64,000 nt of DNA from contig OZ024750.1 in NCBI GenBank assembly GCA_964016885.1, positions 15,748,001-15,812,000 on the forward strand, in the 5' to 3' direction. Each line of letters starts with the position of its first letter. Position 1 is the first letter of the stretch. The notes under the pieces are model-generated. The model was not told the origin of the DNA, ran no database searches, and saw only the letters and a list, made by a program, of their open reading frames with translations. Positions 13,314 through 28,425 of this stretch are shown piece by piece. The stretch comes from Eledone cirrhosa (lineage: Eukaryota). A program made the translations under genes and the position numbers.

Positions 13314-13529
13314 ATTAAGGATCGACTCTTCGATAATGCCTCGACCTCTGCATACCAAACGGAACCAACACAAAAAAGGCCGCCCGAAATACTAGCAACA
13401 GGCGCCAATCCTCTCTAATACGACAGTCTTCTGACTTAAAAGAGGTTTGACACTCTGGATAATGTATTCATGGATGTATTGGCAGAATAAAAATACAGGA
13501 GGCGTCATGTCTGGTATACTATTGATGAT

Positions 13530-13800
13530 GCTGGACTTCCATCGTTTCCGACGACAAGTGCTCCAGTTCATTCAATAAATAGAACTGCCTGCCCGTGAAA
13601 TTAACCTGTATGTGACAGACACGTGCACTCATAATGCAGTTCTCGGGGAGATTCAATGTAACACAACGTGTGACAAGGCTTTAATTACAGGTGTTACTCA
13701 TTTTTGCAATAGAGCAACATGAAATATAGTCTCGTGCTCAAAGTCACAGTGCGCCTCCCGTGCGCCGAACACCTGAACCACTAAGCCTTATGCCTTCACC
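13530..13800 (-). mobile_element. Older, second tRNA-SINE family
   Basis: Minus strand gtgaaggcataaggcttagtggttcaggtg...tttcatgttgctc...aaaaatgagta...ccttgtcacac; 3' part homologous to 34393-34515. Confidence 0.6.
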
Positions 13801-14899
13801 ATTAATCCTAGCTTTGTTTAAACAGGAGTAACCTGTGGCTAAAAAAACAACCACATAATAAATAAGCATTTCTCACACATAAACAATATTTATAAATATA
13901 TTGTTGCGATTATTGATGCTGAAAAGATATCTGGGGCAGATGTATTTTTACGTCGTAATTAAAGTTAACCCACTTCACATATAGTGTCAATTTTTTTTTT
14001 TTTTTTTTTTTTTGTGTGGAAAATAATAATATGCAACTTCAGTTCAGTATTGCTTTACGAACGTTTAGACATCCAGTAAATGGATTTAGTGTTTTATTTA
14101 TATTGTTTTCGTTTGGCACAAACAGAACGTGAAAAAAAACCTGTTAATGGTCGTGTTACAATAAATTGAAATTAGCGAAGGGAGAATAAAATCTAAGAGA
14201 TTTACACAGAAATTATAAAATGTTTTCTCTTTAAAGAAAAAAAAAAAAAAAAAATTTAGAATTCGAATCGATAGAAAAATTCAGTTATTTTAATGAAGTA
14301 TCGATTTTTGTTCCAATTTTAATTCTACGTTCTTCATCCACCACCCCAGCGAGTTTCCTCTTAACCTACTAAGGTATAAACATGACTAGGAATATCTTAG
14401 CAGTGAAAGCAACGAGGACACTATATAACGGACGGATGGATGTTTCATTAATTTATAACACGGGGCTGAAGTTCTTCCACAGGTAACTGAAGAGGAGATG
14501 GCTACTACCAGTACAGAAGATGGAGGCGGAGAGGAAGGTGCTCTTCTCTGGTAAATTTACTAAACACAATAATTTGGGGGTTAAAGAGAGAAACACTTTT
14601 TATGAATGAAATTTATAACCGAAAACGAATTTTTCTAGATCTCTCAACTCACATGGTGTAAGCTTAAGTTGTTCTCTGAACAGAACAATCTTAATCGCAT
14701 ATATGAACTTAGTCATCCAACGAGCCTGGTGGTAAGCTTGTGGGGCCGAGAAGGAGAACTGGGGAGATAGCCAACCACCAAGGCAAAGAAGAAAGAGCTT
14801 TATGAACTCGGCATAGTCTTCTCGTGGATGATCTCCAGAAAGCAGTACAGTCAGTAGATATAATATTCAACCATCTCCTCCCTCTTTTACATGTAAAAA

Positions 14900-15175
14900 T
14901 CTTCCATGGACTCATCATCACTCAGGATAGTTTGATAATGAGACTTATCGATGGAGTCTCAACATTCCTAGAACTTTTTGAACACTGATATACCGGACCC
15001 AGATGATGGGAAAAAGATCTCGAAGACTTTCTTCAAAACCAGTTCAAGAATGTGATGGCAGCAAGCTAGCCACAAAAGGGATTTTTTCAGAGCTGCTTCA
15101 AATTTCATATTAGCTCTTTGGTGTATGTCCTTGTTACTGGCGGTGGTGTTGAAGGACATACCAATTATTCTATCC
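14900..15175 (-). pseudogene. hAT (hATm-like) transposase fragment
   Basis: GMSFNTTASN...LLWLACCHHILELVL..VF...SSG.GI.VFKKF resembles the FDTTASNTG and CxHH motifs. Confidence 0.7.
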
Positions 15176-15239
15176 TAGTTTGATTGTTTGAGTGTATGTC
15201 GGTGAAACATATACATATACACCAAGTCTGAACACTAAG

Positions 15240-15415
15240 GAACCAAACTCCCATTGTCACTGCCTCCGTTTCTCCCGTTCTACCTATCTCTCACTATTAT
15301 GAGCAAATGGGGGCCTACGTAACAGAATAGAGAAGGCGTTTCTCCAGAGGATGGCGAGGGAGACGCGCTGGAAGAGCCATTCCAGCTCGCGAGATTCACA
15401 CCTGCGTGTAGCCAA
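15240..15415 (-). mobile_element. CRE-like 3' end fragment
   Basis: Minus strand RELEWLFQRVSLAILWRNAFSIL. Confidence 0.7.
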
Positions 15416-15861
15416 CTCTGTGCCGATGGTGGTGAGTATGGAGGTGGCCCTAGGTCCAAGAACCCCAGAAATCTCCCAAAACCTTATAGGTAAACATACA
15501 GTCTTTATTTTATGACAACAAAGGGCGTTGGAGGTGTGAATCCAACTAAACGTTGCTGTTTGACTTACATTAAAAGAAAAGTACCATCAGATTCTTATCA
15601 CAAGATTCCATAATTAGTTACACAATCCACATTTTATTCCCCCAACCCACCCCACATTTTTTGTGTGTCTTTTTGCTTTCTTTTTCTCACCCCTCCTCTC
15701 TCTCTATGTCTTTTGTTGTTGTTGTTGTTGTTGTCCTTTTGGTATTTTTTCAATAAGAAACACGTCATACGAATGTATCCGATTTCGATCACAGTAGTAA
15801 TCTGACGTAGCTTAACATTATTGAATCTTAAAACAAATACTGCAAAATGTCAACTTTTTCA

Positions 15862-15942
<81 letters not shown>

Positions 15943-16012
15943 CCATCTTTTCACCCTCTATATGTCTGTCTGTGTGTCTACCCTCCTCTCTATCTCTCTC
16001 TCTCTCTATCTA

Positions 16013-16052
<40 letters not shown>

Positions 16053-16304
16053 ATCCCCTCATACCCTCAGGCATTATTCAGGTTACGAATACTTAATTTC
16101 GTTTCTACGCATGATTGTGATTAGATAGTAATTATCTGATCACTGTACATTTTAAAACGTGTACGCTCTATTTAATCTATACTTTCCCCAACAAACAACA
16201 CGTACTACTTATTCATTTATCAGTCTGTCTTTCTTTCTTCCCTTTTTATCCATGTCACACACACACACACACACGCACACACACACACACATATATATAT
16301 ATAT

Positions 16305-16353
<49 letters not shown>

Positions 16354-16419
16354 AATAGGCATTTGAATGTATGTTCTTTAGGTAACTCAAAGGTCCATGC
16401 GAGTTGCGGCAACAACCAT

Positions 16420-16509
<90 letters not shown>

Positions 16510-16567
16510 ACATATATATACATGCATACCTTCACACTACTCACACATATACACGCACGCACACACA

Positions 16568-16647
<80 letters not shown>

Positions 16648-17561
16648 TATATAAATACATCTACCCTCCTTTCACTACAGCAAGCAGACGATCAAGGTTC
16701 AGTAAAATGTACTTGCTGTTCCTAACACTTGTTGTTTTGTAACACTTGTTTACGAATTCCGTCAGGCTACGATTACATAACTGACTTATTCGGCGACCTT
16801 CTGTTTCAAAAATGCTTAAACTTAAACTTTATGTTCGTGATTTACACACACTACAACCACAACCTTCAAAGGTTATTTGCTTTGCCATTCCATGATTTGT
16901 TCCCGCACAACTTGCCGCTACAACTAATGCAAAAATCCATCCATTATGTGGTTACTTTATTTGCTAGAAATAGATCCTGCCTGAATCACACCCTATTGCT
17001 TTAAATAAAAAAGAAAGATATATTTATAGATAAAGTCTGTACCAAGCCATAGGAACATTAGTTCGATGCTTATCTCGGTTTTCGATGGCTTTAAGCGACT
17101 GGGAGTACAAGACTTCCCCCTGGACAGGACGACACTCCGTCGCAGGATATATGATGCCATGCCTATGCTTTGAAACTTAAGATAGCGTAGTACATGTTAC
17201 GTGTAGAAATCATAATAAATTACCACTTTTCCATTGGATAGAGTGCTCTTTTCTTTTTTCCTTTCTTCGGAACTTTTCGCTGTATATATATACCGCGACG
17301 GCTGAGTTCCGGCCGTTTCGACAGCTAGATCCGAACTGTATAGACTACTCTGGTGCGTTATGGTCTACCTTGTATCTTACCACACACTCTTTATTATTAT
17401 TATTATTATATATATATATATTTTTTTAATTTTATTTATTTATTTATTTTTTTTTATTTGTACCCCTTCCACCGTTTTCCTTCCTTTCCTCTCCCCCCTT
17501 TTTTCTAAATGTCTCTCCTCCACTCCCCTACACACCCTCGGAACTCTCTTCCCACCCACTT

Positions 17562-17593
17562 TTCGCCTGAAGAAAGGCTTATGCCCGAAACGC
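17562..17593 (+). ncRNA. Decayed minimal hammerhead
   Basis: CTGAAGAaaggcttatgcccGAAAcg; the cleavage triplet is lost into a C-run. Confidence 0.5.
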
Positions 17594-17749
17594 CCCCCCC
17601 CCCCTCTCAAGAGCGTGAAACTAATAAACCTTTGTTTATACTGCCTCTCTGTTTTGTTCCCGTTCCATTTTTCACTATATATATATATAGTGAGTGTGTT
17701 CTGTTATTAATTCTGGCAATATTACACAAATATGACCCTCCCCAAGTAT

Positions 17750-18050
<301 letters not shown>

Positions 18051-18770
18051 TATATATATATATATATATAAAATAAAAAAAATGGAGTTAAAGACACATT
18101 TATCCCCTATAATTTAATGAGCTCAAGGAATAAATTCCGGGCTCTTTATAAATCAGCATATAGAGAGAAGTACACATAGAGATATGTGTTCAATCATAGG
18201 GATCAAAAACCACCAGAGTGATGAACGTATTAACTATTAATTTTCCTAATTTTATTATTACCAATTTGTGACGAACATGTTCTTTCTTCTCTCCCGTCCC
18301 AATAAATTCAATGGAACACATTTTTTAACACGATATCTTACATTCTTCTTGCTTTTTTTTCCTTTCTTTTTCTTCTTTCTTTCTTTACCTCCTTTTTTCA
18401 TGAGACTATCGTTGCTATAAAAATCACAATATCTTTTCCTAGTCGTCACATAAAACTCTCTATGTGTACGTGATATGGCTTAATTGTTAGGGATTATTGT
18501 TCTGTGTTTTCTTTTAAGCTACAGACATCCCTTTGGCTTATGTCAGACGTTGTGACCCCGGGTAGACCAGCAGTATCGTCAGTATGGGGATCGAAATTGC
18601 CAAACGTCCATCTCGATGACTGAAGACCTTGGAATTCTGTGACTTTCGTTTGTTTTTTTTATTTAAAAAAAAAATTAAGTTTCCCCTTCAAAAAGTTGTT
18701 TTTTTTCGTTTTGCCTTGTTTTCTTCCGTTGTCTTGTCTTTTCACTTTGTTAATTTTCTTAATTTCATTT

Positions 18771-18876
<106 letters not shown>

Positions 18877-18898
18877 CTCATTAAAAACAACAACAACA

Positions 18899-18974
18899 AA
18901 CACTATACATATTTCAATGATCCAGCTTAATCATCCGAATATGATACAAGACCCAGACGATTTCATCAGGTGTT
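18899..18974 (-). ncRNA. Type I hammerhead ribozyme, 47-nt stem II domain
   Basis: aacac-CTGATGA-aatcgtc...gatcatt-GAAA-t-atgt-ATA-gtgtt. Confidence 0.8.
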
Positions 18975-19274
18975 AATTGCAGAATTAATTTTATAAGAGA
19001 ACTGGATTTTAGCGAACACAAAGTGAGAATAGAAAATAAAAAAAATAGGAAACAGATGACCGATTTTGATTCTGGGATGGCCCGCCAATTCCGTGTTATT
19101 GTAACGGCAGGTCATCCCTGAAAACCAATAGAAAGAAACACACGCACCATATAATTTTCACTTTATTTTTATCTCTATTGCTCGTCATTTATTCGATTGT
19201 CAAAGCTCTTTCGTCACACATAATACATAAGTGTATCTATCTACATATCTATATCTATATCTATCTATCTATCT

Positions 19275-19697
<423 letters not shown>

Positions 19698-19977
19698 AGA
19701 TTCACGACCTCGATGGCTGAGCTCCGGCCATTTCGACAACTAGATCCGAACTAAATCGCCGGTGTATATATATATATGGTTCCTTGGTGTAGTTAATCCT
19801 ACAGCTACTACTACTACTACTCAACACCCCGGCAAAAGGCAATAAAAAAAACAGAATCGCTGGACAGATTTTACTGGCAAAACCAACCGACAGGAGACCC
19901 AGGGGTACACCCCAAGCAAGATGGTAGAATAACATCCATGAGCTCATAGTCACTTTTTTAATTATTTTAACCTATTA

Positions 19978-20018
<41 letters not shown>

Positions 20019-20042
20019 ATAATAACTTTTAATAAATATTTA

Positions 20043-20115
<73 letters not shown>

Positions 20116-20750
20116 AGAAATATAGGGAGAGAGGGGGCGAGGAGAGAGAAATAAAAACAGACAGACAGACAGACAGAAATGTCATGTGTTTAAGCATGTC
20201 TTTTTGCTTTTTCTTTACATAAATGGGTTTCATTCATTAGAGCTTGGTCTATAAGAGACAATGATCTTTCGTTGGCATTTTGACAACAATGAATCTAGTC
20301 AAAAACTGAACTTTTGGAAAGTATTGCATATTTTTTTTATTGTCCAGCAATAGAGAGAATATATAACTGAATTTAGACTAGTTATTTTCGTTCTTCAAGG
20401 TTATTACACAATTATTTGGAATTGTTACTAAGTGCGCCAATGTGTTTCAGGACGAATTTTAAACTTATAATTATTATAAAATAAGTAAAAATTCTGCATC
20501 ACCTGATTATGGATATTTTAATTTCTCATGATATATTGTTTACATAACTTTTAAATCATTTAAGTTACTAACATCTAAATACAACAACAGCTACAACAAT
20601 AAATAAACAAAATAAACTATTTGGTAATTGTTTTTGCAAGGTTTTCTCTAACAAGAAGTTGGGATGTGTTCAAAGCTACTGTGTCATATACGTACATATA
20701 TTTCAACATTCTTTCAACATTCTTTCTCCTGTGTATGTTTCTATCTTTAA

Positions 20751-21096
20751 CTGGGTTCAAATCCCGCCGAGGTTAACTTTGCTTTTTATCCCTTACGAGG
20801 TCGATAAAATAAAGTACCAGTAATGCACTGAGGTATTTGCTGGCCTTGTGTCAAAAGTAGAAACAAATAAAGAAACCTATCTTTAACTTTATACTCCATT
20901 GAGTGATATTATGTGTATTGGCAGTATCGGTAGAGGGTCGGACGCCATGCTTTCCAGCATAGTTACGTCCCTTTACGATCTGAGTTCAAATCCCGCCGAG
21001 GTTGACTTTGCCTTTCATCCTTACGGGGTCGATAAAATAAAGTACCAGTAATGCACTGGGTAATTGCTGGCCTTGTGCCTAACGTAGAAACAATTA
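20751..21096 (+). mobile_element. Two SINE copies (20751-20867, 20918-21096)
   Basis: Family consensus. Confidence 0.9.
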
Positions 21097-21149
21097 TGTG
21101 TAATACACACACACACACACACCCACACCCATATATATATATATATATA

Positions 21150-21351
21150 GTTACGCTATTCCGGGTTGAATCGGAGGTAACCACAGTAAGTAAGGTACTC
21201 AATACATAGCAGAGTATAACAGTTTTAATATAGATGAGATTCTACAGGACTAGAACTGTTTCATTCTTTAGGAATCATCAGGAATCAGATTCCTGATGAT
21301 TCCTAAAGAATGAAACAGTTCTAGTCCTGTAGAATCTCATCTATATTAAAA
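21150..21351 (-). mobile_element. PLE terminus family A, perfect 64-bp fold-back plus tail
   Basis: 21223-21286 is the reverse complement of 21288-21351; in (TA)n. Confidence 0.85.
21288..21336 (+). ncRNA. Type I hammerhead ribozyme (mirror 21238-21286 on minus)
   Basis: gattc-CTGATGA-ttcctaaagaat-GAAA-cag-ttctagtc-ctGTA-gaatc. Confidence 0.75.
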
Positions 21352-21366
21352 TATATATTTATATAA

Positions 21367-21398
<32 letters not shown>

Positions 21399-21561
21399 AT
21401 CCAAGGAGTGTAACATGGAGGTACTGTAGGTTCACCCGGGAGAGCACTCGATGTTTAGGTTCACTTCAGTGTCGAGGTGTAGAGCTAGACAGAGTGTATT
21501 ATAGTTAAATAAGATAACAGGGACGATTGGTCACTCCTTCATTACGTTTATTGGTTTGGTT

Positions 21562-21649
21562 GATGACGCGCGTTTCGCCACTACTGACCAGCTCAAGGTT
21601 CGATCTGTATCGATCTGACCTGACTCTGTAATCCGCGGCTCGTCAGACC
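21562..21649 (-). ncRNA. Hammerhead ribozyme with 63-nt stem II domain (family B element 21403-21660)
   Basis: ggt-CTGACGA-gccgc...gtggc-GAAA-c-gcgc-GTC-atc. Confidence 0.7.
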
Positions 21650-21657
21650 CCTTGCAA

Positions 21658-21736
<79 letters not shown>

Positions 21737-22102
21737 TAAACAAATAATGAATAAAACAATGAAACAGTTCCTTATATTAAACAAAAAAAGTTCATTATTT
21801 AACGATCGTTTCTAGGATATATATGTGTTAGAATTGGCATGCATATTCAACAGATCTATGTACAGAATTATACAAAATTATACAAACTATCAAGATTAAA
21901 TATACATACCAAACACACATATATGCCGTCTTCAGAAATAATGAAATATATTTATTGATAATAACAACAATTCAAAATTTCAGGTCCGTTTATCTTTCAC
22001 CGAAAGTGATTTTTCATTACATCTCTTCTTTCCATGATATCCGGAATACATTGAGTTCTTCATACGGATTGGACACTACCGTAAACTCTTGGTAGATTTA
22101 TC

Positions 22103-22140
<38 letters not shown>

Positions 22141-23004
22141 ACAGTCGTGTCGATTTAAGCCATGTAAGTGAAACGAAGCGGATGAATTATCGAATGAACT
22201 GTAGTTACTCCTAGATAGATAGTATTGTGATGACATCTTTGGACAGCTACTGATGATAGAGTTGACATCTTAGTTATTCATTCCGTAGAGAGAGAGAGAG
22301 AGAGAGAGAGGGGGGTGGGGGGAGATTACCATAGAGATATGAAAATCACAAGCAACTCCACAAGATTTGTATTTTGAAAGTATAGATAGAGTTGGAACTA
22401 AATAAAATCGCTTAGGTTAACGTCTTCCCGGAGCTGTCACTCCACCACTTAACATGTGCTTACATGTTATATAATATTGATTTATGATATAAGAACAAGA
22501 CCCTGGGGATTGGTGTAGTTGATTAGATTGATCAATATTTGACCACTTCATTTTATCGATGTCGCAATGACGAACATCGCATTTGACCTCGATGGAATTT
22601 GAATTTAGATCTTAAAGGGCGTAACTAAATAGATCAAGGTATTTTGTCCAACGTAATATTGATATATTGATTTATATCTATGTTTTCATTTTAAATACTG
22701 TCAATATTGATTTCACTTTTAGTCTCTCGGGGGGGTTATTAAATATATACCAAGTACGTACTAATCGACTATAGACCTAACCCTGATTTTAGATGAGAAA
22801 TCAATATGTGTGTACGTCACGCAATTTGTTCAAATACAGAAACATCGAACCAGCGAGGGATCTTGTGCCTTATTGATAGACCTGCTAGAATTAGCTGCTA
22901 AATCATAAGATTCCTATACAAAATCTCATCACAATGTCATGAAAAACCATTGATATTATATAAAAATTGAGCAGTATCTTGTAAAAACAAAACACACTAT
23001 TAAA

Positions 23005-23409
23005 GGAGGTGAATTGGCAGTATCGGTAGAGCGTCGGACACTATGCTTTGCGGCATAGTGTTATGGCCCTTTACGTTCTGAGTTCCAATCCCGCCGAGGT
23101 TAGCTTTGCTTTTCATCCTTACAGGGTCGATAAATAATTGTTTCTACTTTTAGCACAAGGCCTGCAATTAACCCAGTGTATTACTGGTACTTTATTTTAT
23201 CGACCCCGTAAGGATGAAAGGCAAAGTTAACCTCGGTGGAATTTGAACTCAGAACGTAAAGGGCCATAACTCTATGCTACAAAACATGGTGTCTGACGCT
23301 CTACCAATACTGCCAAATAATGCACCAGTAATTGACTGAGGTCGATTTAATCAACTTTCCCATCTCCCTTTAAATTGCTGGCATTGTGCCTATAGTAGAA
23401 ACAATTATT
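23005..23409. mobile_element. SINE (+) interrupted by an antisense SINE (23136-23316, -)
   Basis: Host copy breaks at gataaataat and resumes at aaataatgcaccagt. Confidence 0.85.
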
Positions 23410-23499
23410 AAAGGAAATAAAAAAAGGAAGAAAAAAAGAAGCCAAAATAAAAAGGGCCAAGCAACGAAAGAAAGAGAGAGGGGGGGGGGACAGACACTA

Positions 23500-23755
23500 C
23501 ACTCCAGTCTGAAAGGTGACTCAGTATGCCTAGCGAACAAAAGGGCAGAGGCATTATCGCGGAGAATGGCCAGACACATAGGCTGTGACAGCCACACCAC
23601 CTCACGGGGCTCCCTCCTCAAGCGGGCCGCTGGCTTTCCGAATTCACGGAGGAAATCAGCAGTGCGGGGAGCCAAGGACAGCAAACGTCTCGACGGAGAC
23701 CGGTACAAAGCAGTTAGTTGGTCAAGCCCCGGTACACTAAACCACCCTCTGCTGT
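23500..23755 (-). pseudogene. Divergent CRE-like RLE C-terminal fragment
   Basis: ..FVPVSVET....TADFLREFG......REPREVVWLSQ.MCLAILRDNASALL. Confidence 0.65.
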
Positions 23756-24039
23756 CTTAAGAAAGAACAAATTGGATAATGTAGTCAAGAAGAAAAAAAG
23801 AAAAACAGGCGGCATTATCCTGACTTAAATATCCTGAGATTATAGGTTTGCTGGACCAGGATCGACTTGGAGATTAAAAAATGGCAACATCGACAAAACA
23901 TAAACGTTAAATGTTTTAATTATCAACAACAATTCCCTCTGATTAACCAAATCTGCATGATGTATATCAATTATTTTATTTTGTTTCACTAAATTTGTAA
24001 ATATTTTCGAGTAATGGCGAACACCGAACATATTTTACA

Positions 24040-24270
24040 GGTTCGCGGTCGTGCCCTTGTCAGTGGAGACTTGTGGTGTCCTTGGCCCTAGGGCTACCTC
24101 CCTACTCACCACCATAGGCGCTGAGCTGGCCAGCCGCACGTGTGAACCTCGCGAGTTGGAATGGCTCTTCCAGCGCATCTCCCTTACCATCCTCCGGGGA
24201 AACGCCTTCTCCATCCTGTCCGCCGGTGTTGTGGGGAGGCCAGCACGTGGGACCCCATTTGCTCACCATA
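24040..24270 (+). pseudogene. CRE-clade RLE C-terminal fragment
   Basis: VPLSVETCGVLGPRATSLLTTIG...EPRELEWLFQRISLTILRGNAFSIL. Confidence 0.8.
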
Positions 24271-24542
24271 CGGATTAATAGGCAAAGTTATAAACTATTG
24301 TAAATAAACATTTTTATAAGGTAGATCTCTTCAGGTATAACTTCAGGTATGAATGAAAAGTATATGCCAGATACAATAGTCGTAAGATCTGAAATACTTA
24401 TGTAAATGCAGATGTCTGTATGAATGAACGACTGAATGAATGCCTGTTTGTCTGTCTGTTTGTATGTATGTATGTACGTATGTATGTTTGTATGTATGTA
24501 TGTATGTATGTATGTATGTATGTATGTATGTATGTATGTATG

Positions 24543-24574
<32 letters not shown>

Positions 24575-24744
24575 TGTATGTATGTATGTTTGTATGTATG
24601 TATGTATGTATGTATGTATGTATGTATGTATGTATATGTATGTATGTTTGTATGTATGTTTGTATGTATGTATGTATGTATGTATGTATGTATGTATGTA
24701 TGTATGTTTGTATGTATGTATGTATGTATGTATGTATGTATATG

Positions 24745-25291
24745 TTGGCGACTAAACTGGCAACCCCACCAAGGTTTCTTGGTGAGGAGGGTGACTTTGG
24801 ACATCCTGCAGGACTAAAAACAAAACCTGTCAAAGCGCAAAGGAGCTCTTAAGAGTCAATGGCCATCCAAAACACCGGGAGAGATGACCCCTTAGCCTTT
24901 GTCAAGGCAGAATTCTAGGAGAAGGAAAACTCTGATATAACACCTGCAACTCTGATGGTATCCAATGATGTTGACTTGTTCTTCTTTTTGGCAAATATCA
25001 TCTTGGTTAAGAGAGTGGGACTGGCTTTGTGCAGTGCCTTTGCTCACTATAAAAGCTTCACGGCACAGGCACTGCTTTATATCTGGAGATCTCTCTGCAC
25101 TTGTCGTCACATGGTACCATGTGCCCACCACTATGTGTCAATAATTGTCACAATTGTAGTGTTTGTACCAGAGTTTTCAAGTCGCTGGCTGAACTAAAAA
25201 GTCACACTCGTTCAGCGCATCGGTAGGGGTTCTCCTACATGGACATATATCTAGTAGTGGCCGTACTCGAAAACGAGTTGGCAGCCACCAT
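24745..25291 (+). mobile_element. Bipartite non-autonomous RTE derivative (5'UTR fused to 3' end)
   Basis: 24745-25105 matches 55728-56064; 25106-25291 matches 58884-59063. Confidence 0.9.
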
Positions 25292-25426
25292 ATATGTAAA
25301 TATGGTTAAATGCATCCATCATACATATGTTCAACTGCAACAAGTGTACATACATGTGTCTTAATGTTTTACACTGAACCAGAGATTATGGCATGTGTAA
25401 TGCTGCAGTTTCCAGGGAGAGAGAGG

Positions 25427-25483
<57 letters not shown>

Positions 25484-25857
25484 GGGAGGGATATATATAT
25501 ATAGAGAGAGAGAGAGTGGGGGGAGAAGTAGTAGTGTGGAATGAAGCGACAGAGAAAGAAACTATAGCTAAATAGACTTAGACGAGACCAAGACACGTAC
25601 ACAAGAAAAAAACAAAAAACGCGCGTCTGACACCACTCTGAAATAATTTATTCAAGTTTTGTGTCCTATTTCTCACGGAATAAGAAAGCTGGCTTTCTGG
25701 TGTGCAAACATATTAACAACATAATATTACGTAAGCAAATAGCAAACATGGTTTTCTCCAGTAACAACGTTGTCAGTTCATGAAAGAGTCGTATTGTGGG
25801 CAACTATGAACAGCATAAACTTAACACCATAGCAGCCTCTAGTAACTGCGCTGGATT

Positions 25858-26049
25858 GCGCATGTCCCTTACCATCCTCCGGGGAAACGCCTTCTCCATT
25901 CTGTCCGCCGGGGCCTGTGGGGAGGCCAGCACGTGAGACCCCATTTGCTCACCATGCAGAGAGATGGGGAGGGCGAGAGAGATGAAGGCGATGACAGTGG
26001 GAATTCGGCTCTTCCACGTTCGGACCATATCCTTGTGGTTGTGTTCATT
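25858..26049 (+). mobile_element. CRE-like 3' end
   Basis: RMSLTILRGNAFSILSAG plus 3'UTR ending ccttgtggttgtgttcatta. Confidence 0.75.
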
Positions 26050-26120
26050 ATTTATAGATAACTATATAACATTTCTTCATGAATCTAATAGCAGGAAGAG
26101 GCTATGTAGCCGGTAAGAGC

Positions 26121-26710
26121 GTCAGACACTATGAGTGTGAGACACTGTGAGTGTGAGACACTATGAGTGACAGACACTGTGAGTGTCAAACACTATGAGT
26201 GTGAGACACTGTGAGTGTCAGACACTATGAATGTGAGACACTATGAGTGTCAGACACTGTGAGTGTGAGACACTATGAGTGACAGACACTGTGAGTGTCA
26301 AACACTATGAGTGTCAGACACTGTAAGTGTCAGACACTGTGAGTGTCAGACTCTATGAGTGACTGACACTGTGAGTGTCAGACACTGTGAGTGACAGACA
26401 CTGTGAGTGTCAGACACTGTGAGTGAAAGACACTATGAGTGTGAGACACTATGAGTGTCAAACACTGTGAGTGTGAGACACTATGAGTGACAGACACTGT
26501 GAGTGTCAAACACTATGAGTATCAGACACTAAGTGTCAGACACTATGAGTGTCAGACACTATGAGTGTCAGACACTATGAGTGTCAGACACTATGAGTGT
26601 CAGACACTGTAAGTGTCAGACACTATAAGTGTCAGACACTGTGAGTGTGAGACACTATGAGTGTCAGACACTATGAGTGTCAGACACTGTAAGTGTCAGA
26701 CTCTATGAGT
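26121..26710. repeat. 16-bp minisatellite, ~37 copies
   Basis: gt(c/g)agacact(a/g)tgagt repeated. Confidence 0.95.
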
Positions 26711-26778
26711 TAAGACAATTGTTAAGACAATTTGAAATCTCAAAACCTCAAAACACGCTATTGAGGCAGAATTCATAA

Positions 26779-26840
<62 letters not shown>

Positions 26841-26847
<7 letters not shown>

Positions 26848-27255
26848 TACAAATATTAATAAAATAGATGTTCTTTTGATCAATTAAATTTTATTATACA
26901 TATTTCAGAGGTACAACAGTACGTCCTCATCAGACAAAATATAATGATACATGACATACCCTGAGATGTTAAATGGTTAAGATTTAATCAAGGTAGTGAG
27001 TACCGTGATTAAATCTTAACCATTTAATATTTCAGGGTATGTCATGTATCATTATATTTTGTCTGATGAGGACGTACTGTTGTACCTCTGAAATATGTAT
27101 AATAAAATTTAATTGATCAAAAGAACATCTATTTTATTAATATTTGTATTTCAATATTAATAACTCTGGAAAAATATTTATCTGTAGAGTGCTTCCAATC
27201 TACTGTAAAACTCATTCTTTGATGTACTCATTGAATCTTGTTTAACTCTTTAATA
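26841..27255 (+). mobile_element. PLE terminus, ~155-bp fold-back plus tail
   Basis: Arms ~26841-26995/27001-27155; in (TA)n. Confidence 0.9.
27056..27108 (+). ncRNA. Type I hammerhead ribozyme (mirror 26888-26940 on minus)
   Basis: attttgt-CTGATGA-ggacgtactgttgtacctct-GAAA-t-atgt-ATA-ataaaat. Confidence 0.8.
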
Positions 27256-27257
27256 AT

Positions 27258-27329
<72 letters not shown>

Positions 27330-27359
27330 TATATATTTATATACACACACACACACATA

Positions 27360-27493
<134 letters not shown>

Positions 27494-27588
27494 ATTGTGT
27501 GTATGAGTGTGTTTCGAGATATTCATTTCTCAAGTTGTGAAATTTGTCTTTTTATGATCACGAGTATGTTGTAGCTTGCGATTATGTC

Positions 27589-28425
27589 ATGAACAGGAAG
27601 TTTGAACAAAGAGTCAACGTGAAATTTTGCATTCAACCTGGAAAGTCACCTACTGAGTCATTGACCGTTCTTCGGTAAGCTTACGGTGACGAGGCAATGG
27701 ATTGTACGCATTGTTTCGAGTGGCATGGGCACTTCAAAAGCGGAAGAACGTCACTGGAAGATGGCGAGCGATCTGAAAGACCTGCCATGAGCGTCACCCC
27801 CAGAAATGTGGAGAAAATTAATCACCTTGTGTATTAGGATGGACGAAGGACAATCAACGATATTGCGGATGTGGTTGGTCTGTCGTATGGATCCGTTCCG
27901 GCAATCCTAATGTCTGAATTGAACATGCGGCGTGTCGCTTCCAAGTTTGTCCCCCACCAATCACATCCGCCTGCTGACCATTGAGCAGAAAGAACATCGC
28001 GTCGAAGTCTGTCAAAATCTCTGTCAGTGTACCACTGATGACACATCCTTCATGTTGAGGATCATCTCTAGTAACAATAGTTGGGTCTACGGGTACAACG
28101 CTGAGACGAAGCAACAGTCGACACAGTACAAAAGCCCTATATCTCCACGACCGAAGAAAGCACGACAGAGCTGCAGCCCAATCAAGAGCATGCTCATCGT
28201 TTTTTTTTTTTCTTCGACATCCACGATATTGATGATCGAGAATTCGTCCCCCAGGGCCAGACAGTCAATCAATAGTTATATAATATACTGCAATGTTTTG
28301 GGGCGTTAGAGGGAGGATATTCGACGAAATCGACCAGATCTGTGGAGTGCGAAGAATTGGATTCTTCATGACGACAATGCACCTTGTACCGAGCTCTCCT
28401 CACTCGTGAGTTTCTCGTCCCAAAA
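27589..28425 (+). pseudogene. mariner transposase pseudogene
   Basis: MNRKFEQRVNVKFC...AYGDEAM...FEWH..FKSGRTSLED; WVYGYNAETKQQS..KSP.SPRPKKARQS; WILHDDNAP; stops and frameshifts. Confidence 0.9.

Noticed and set aside
26121-26710. 16-bp array as CRISPR or coding repeat
   Set aside because: Contiguous tandem units with stops; ordinary minisatellite
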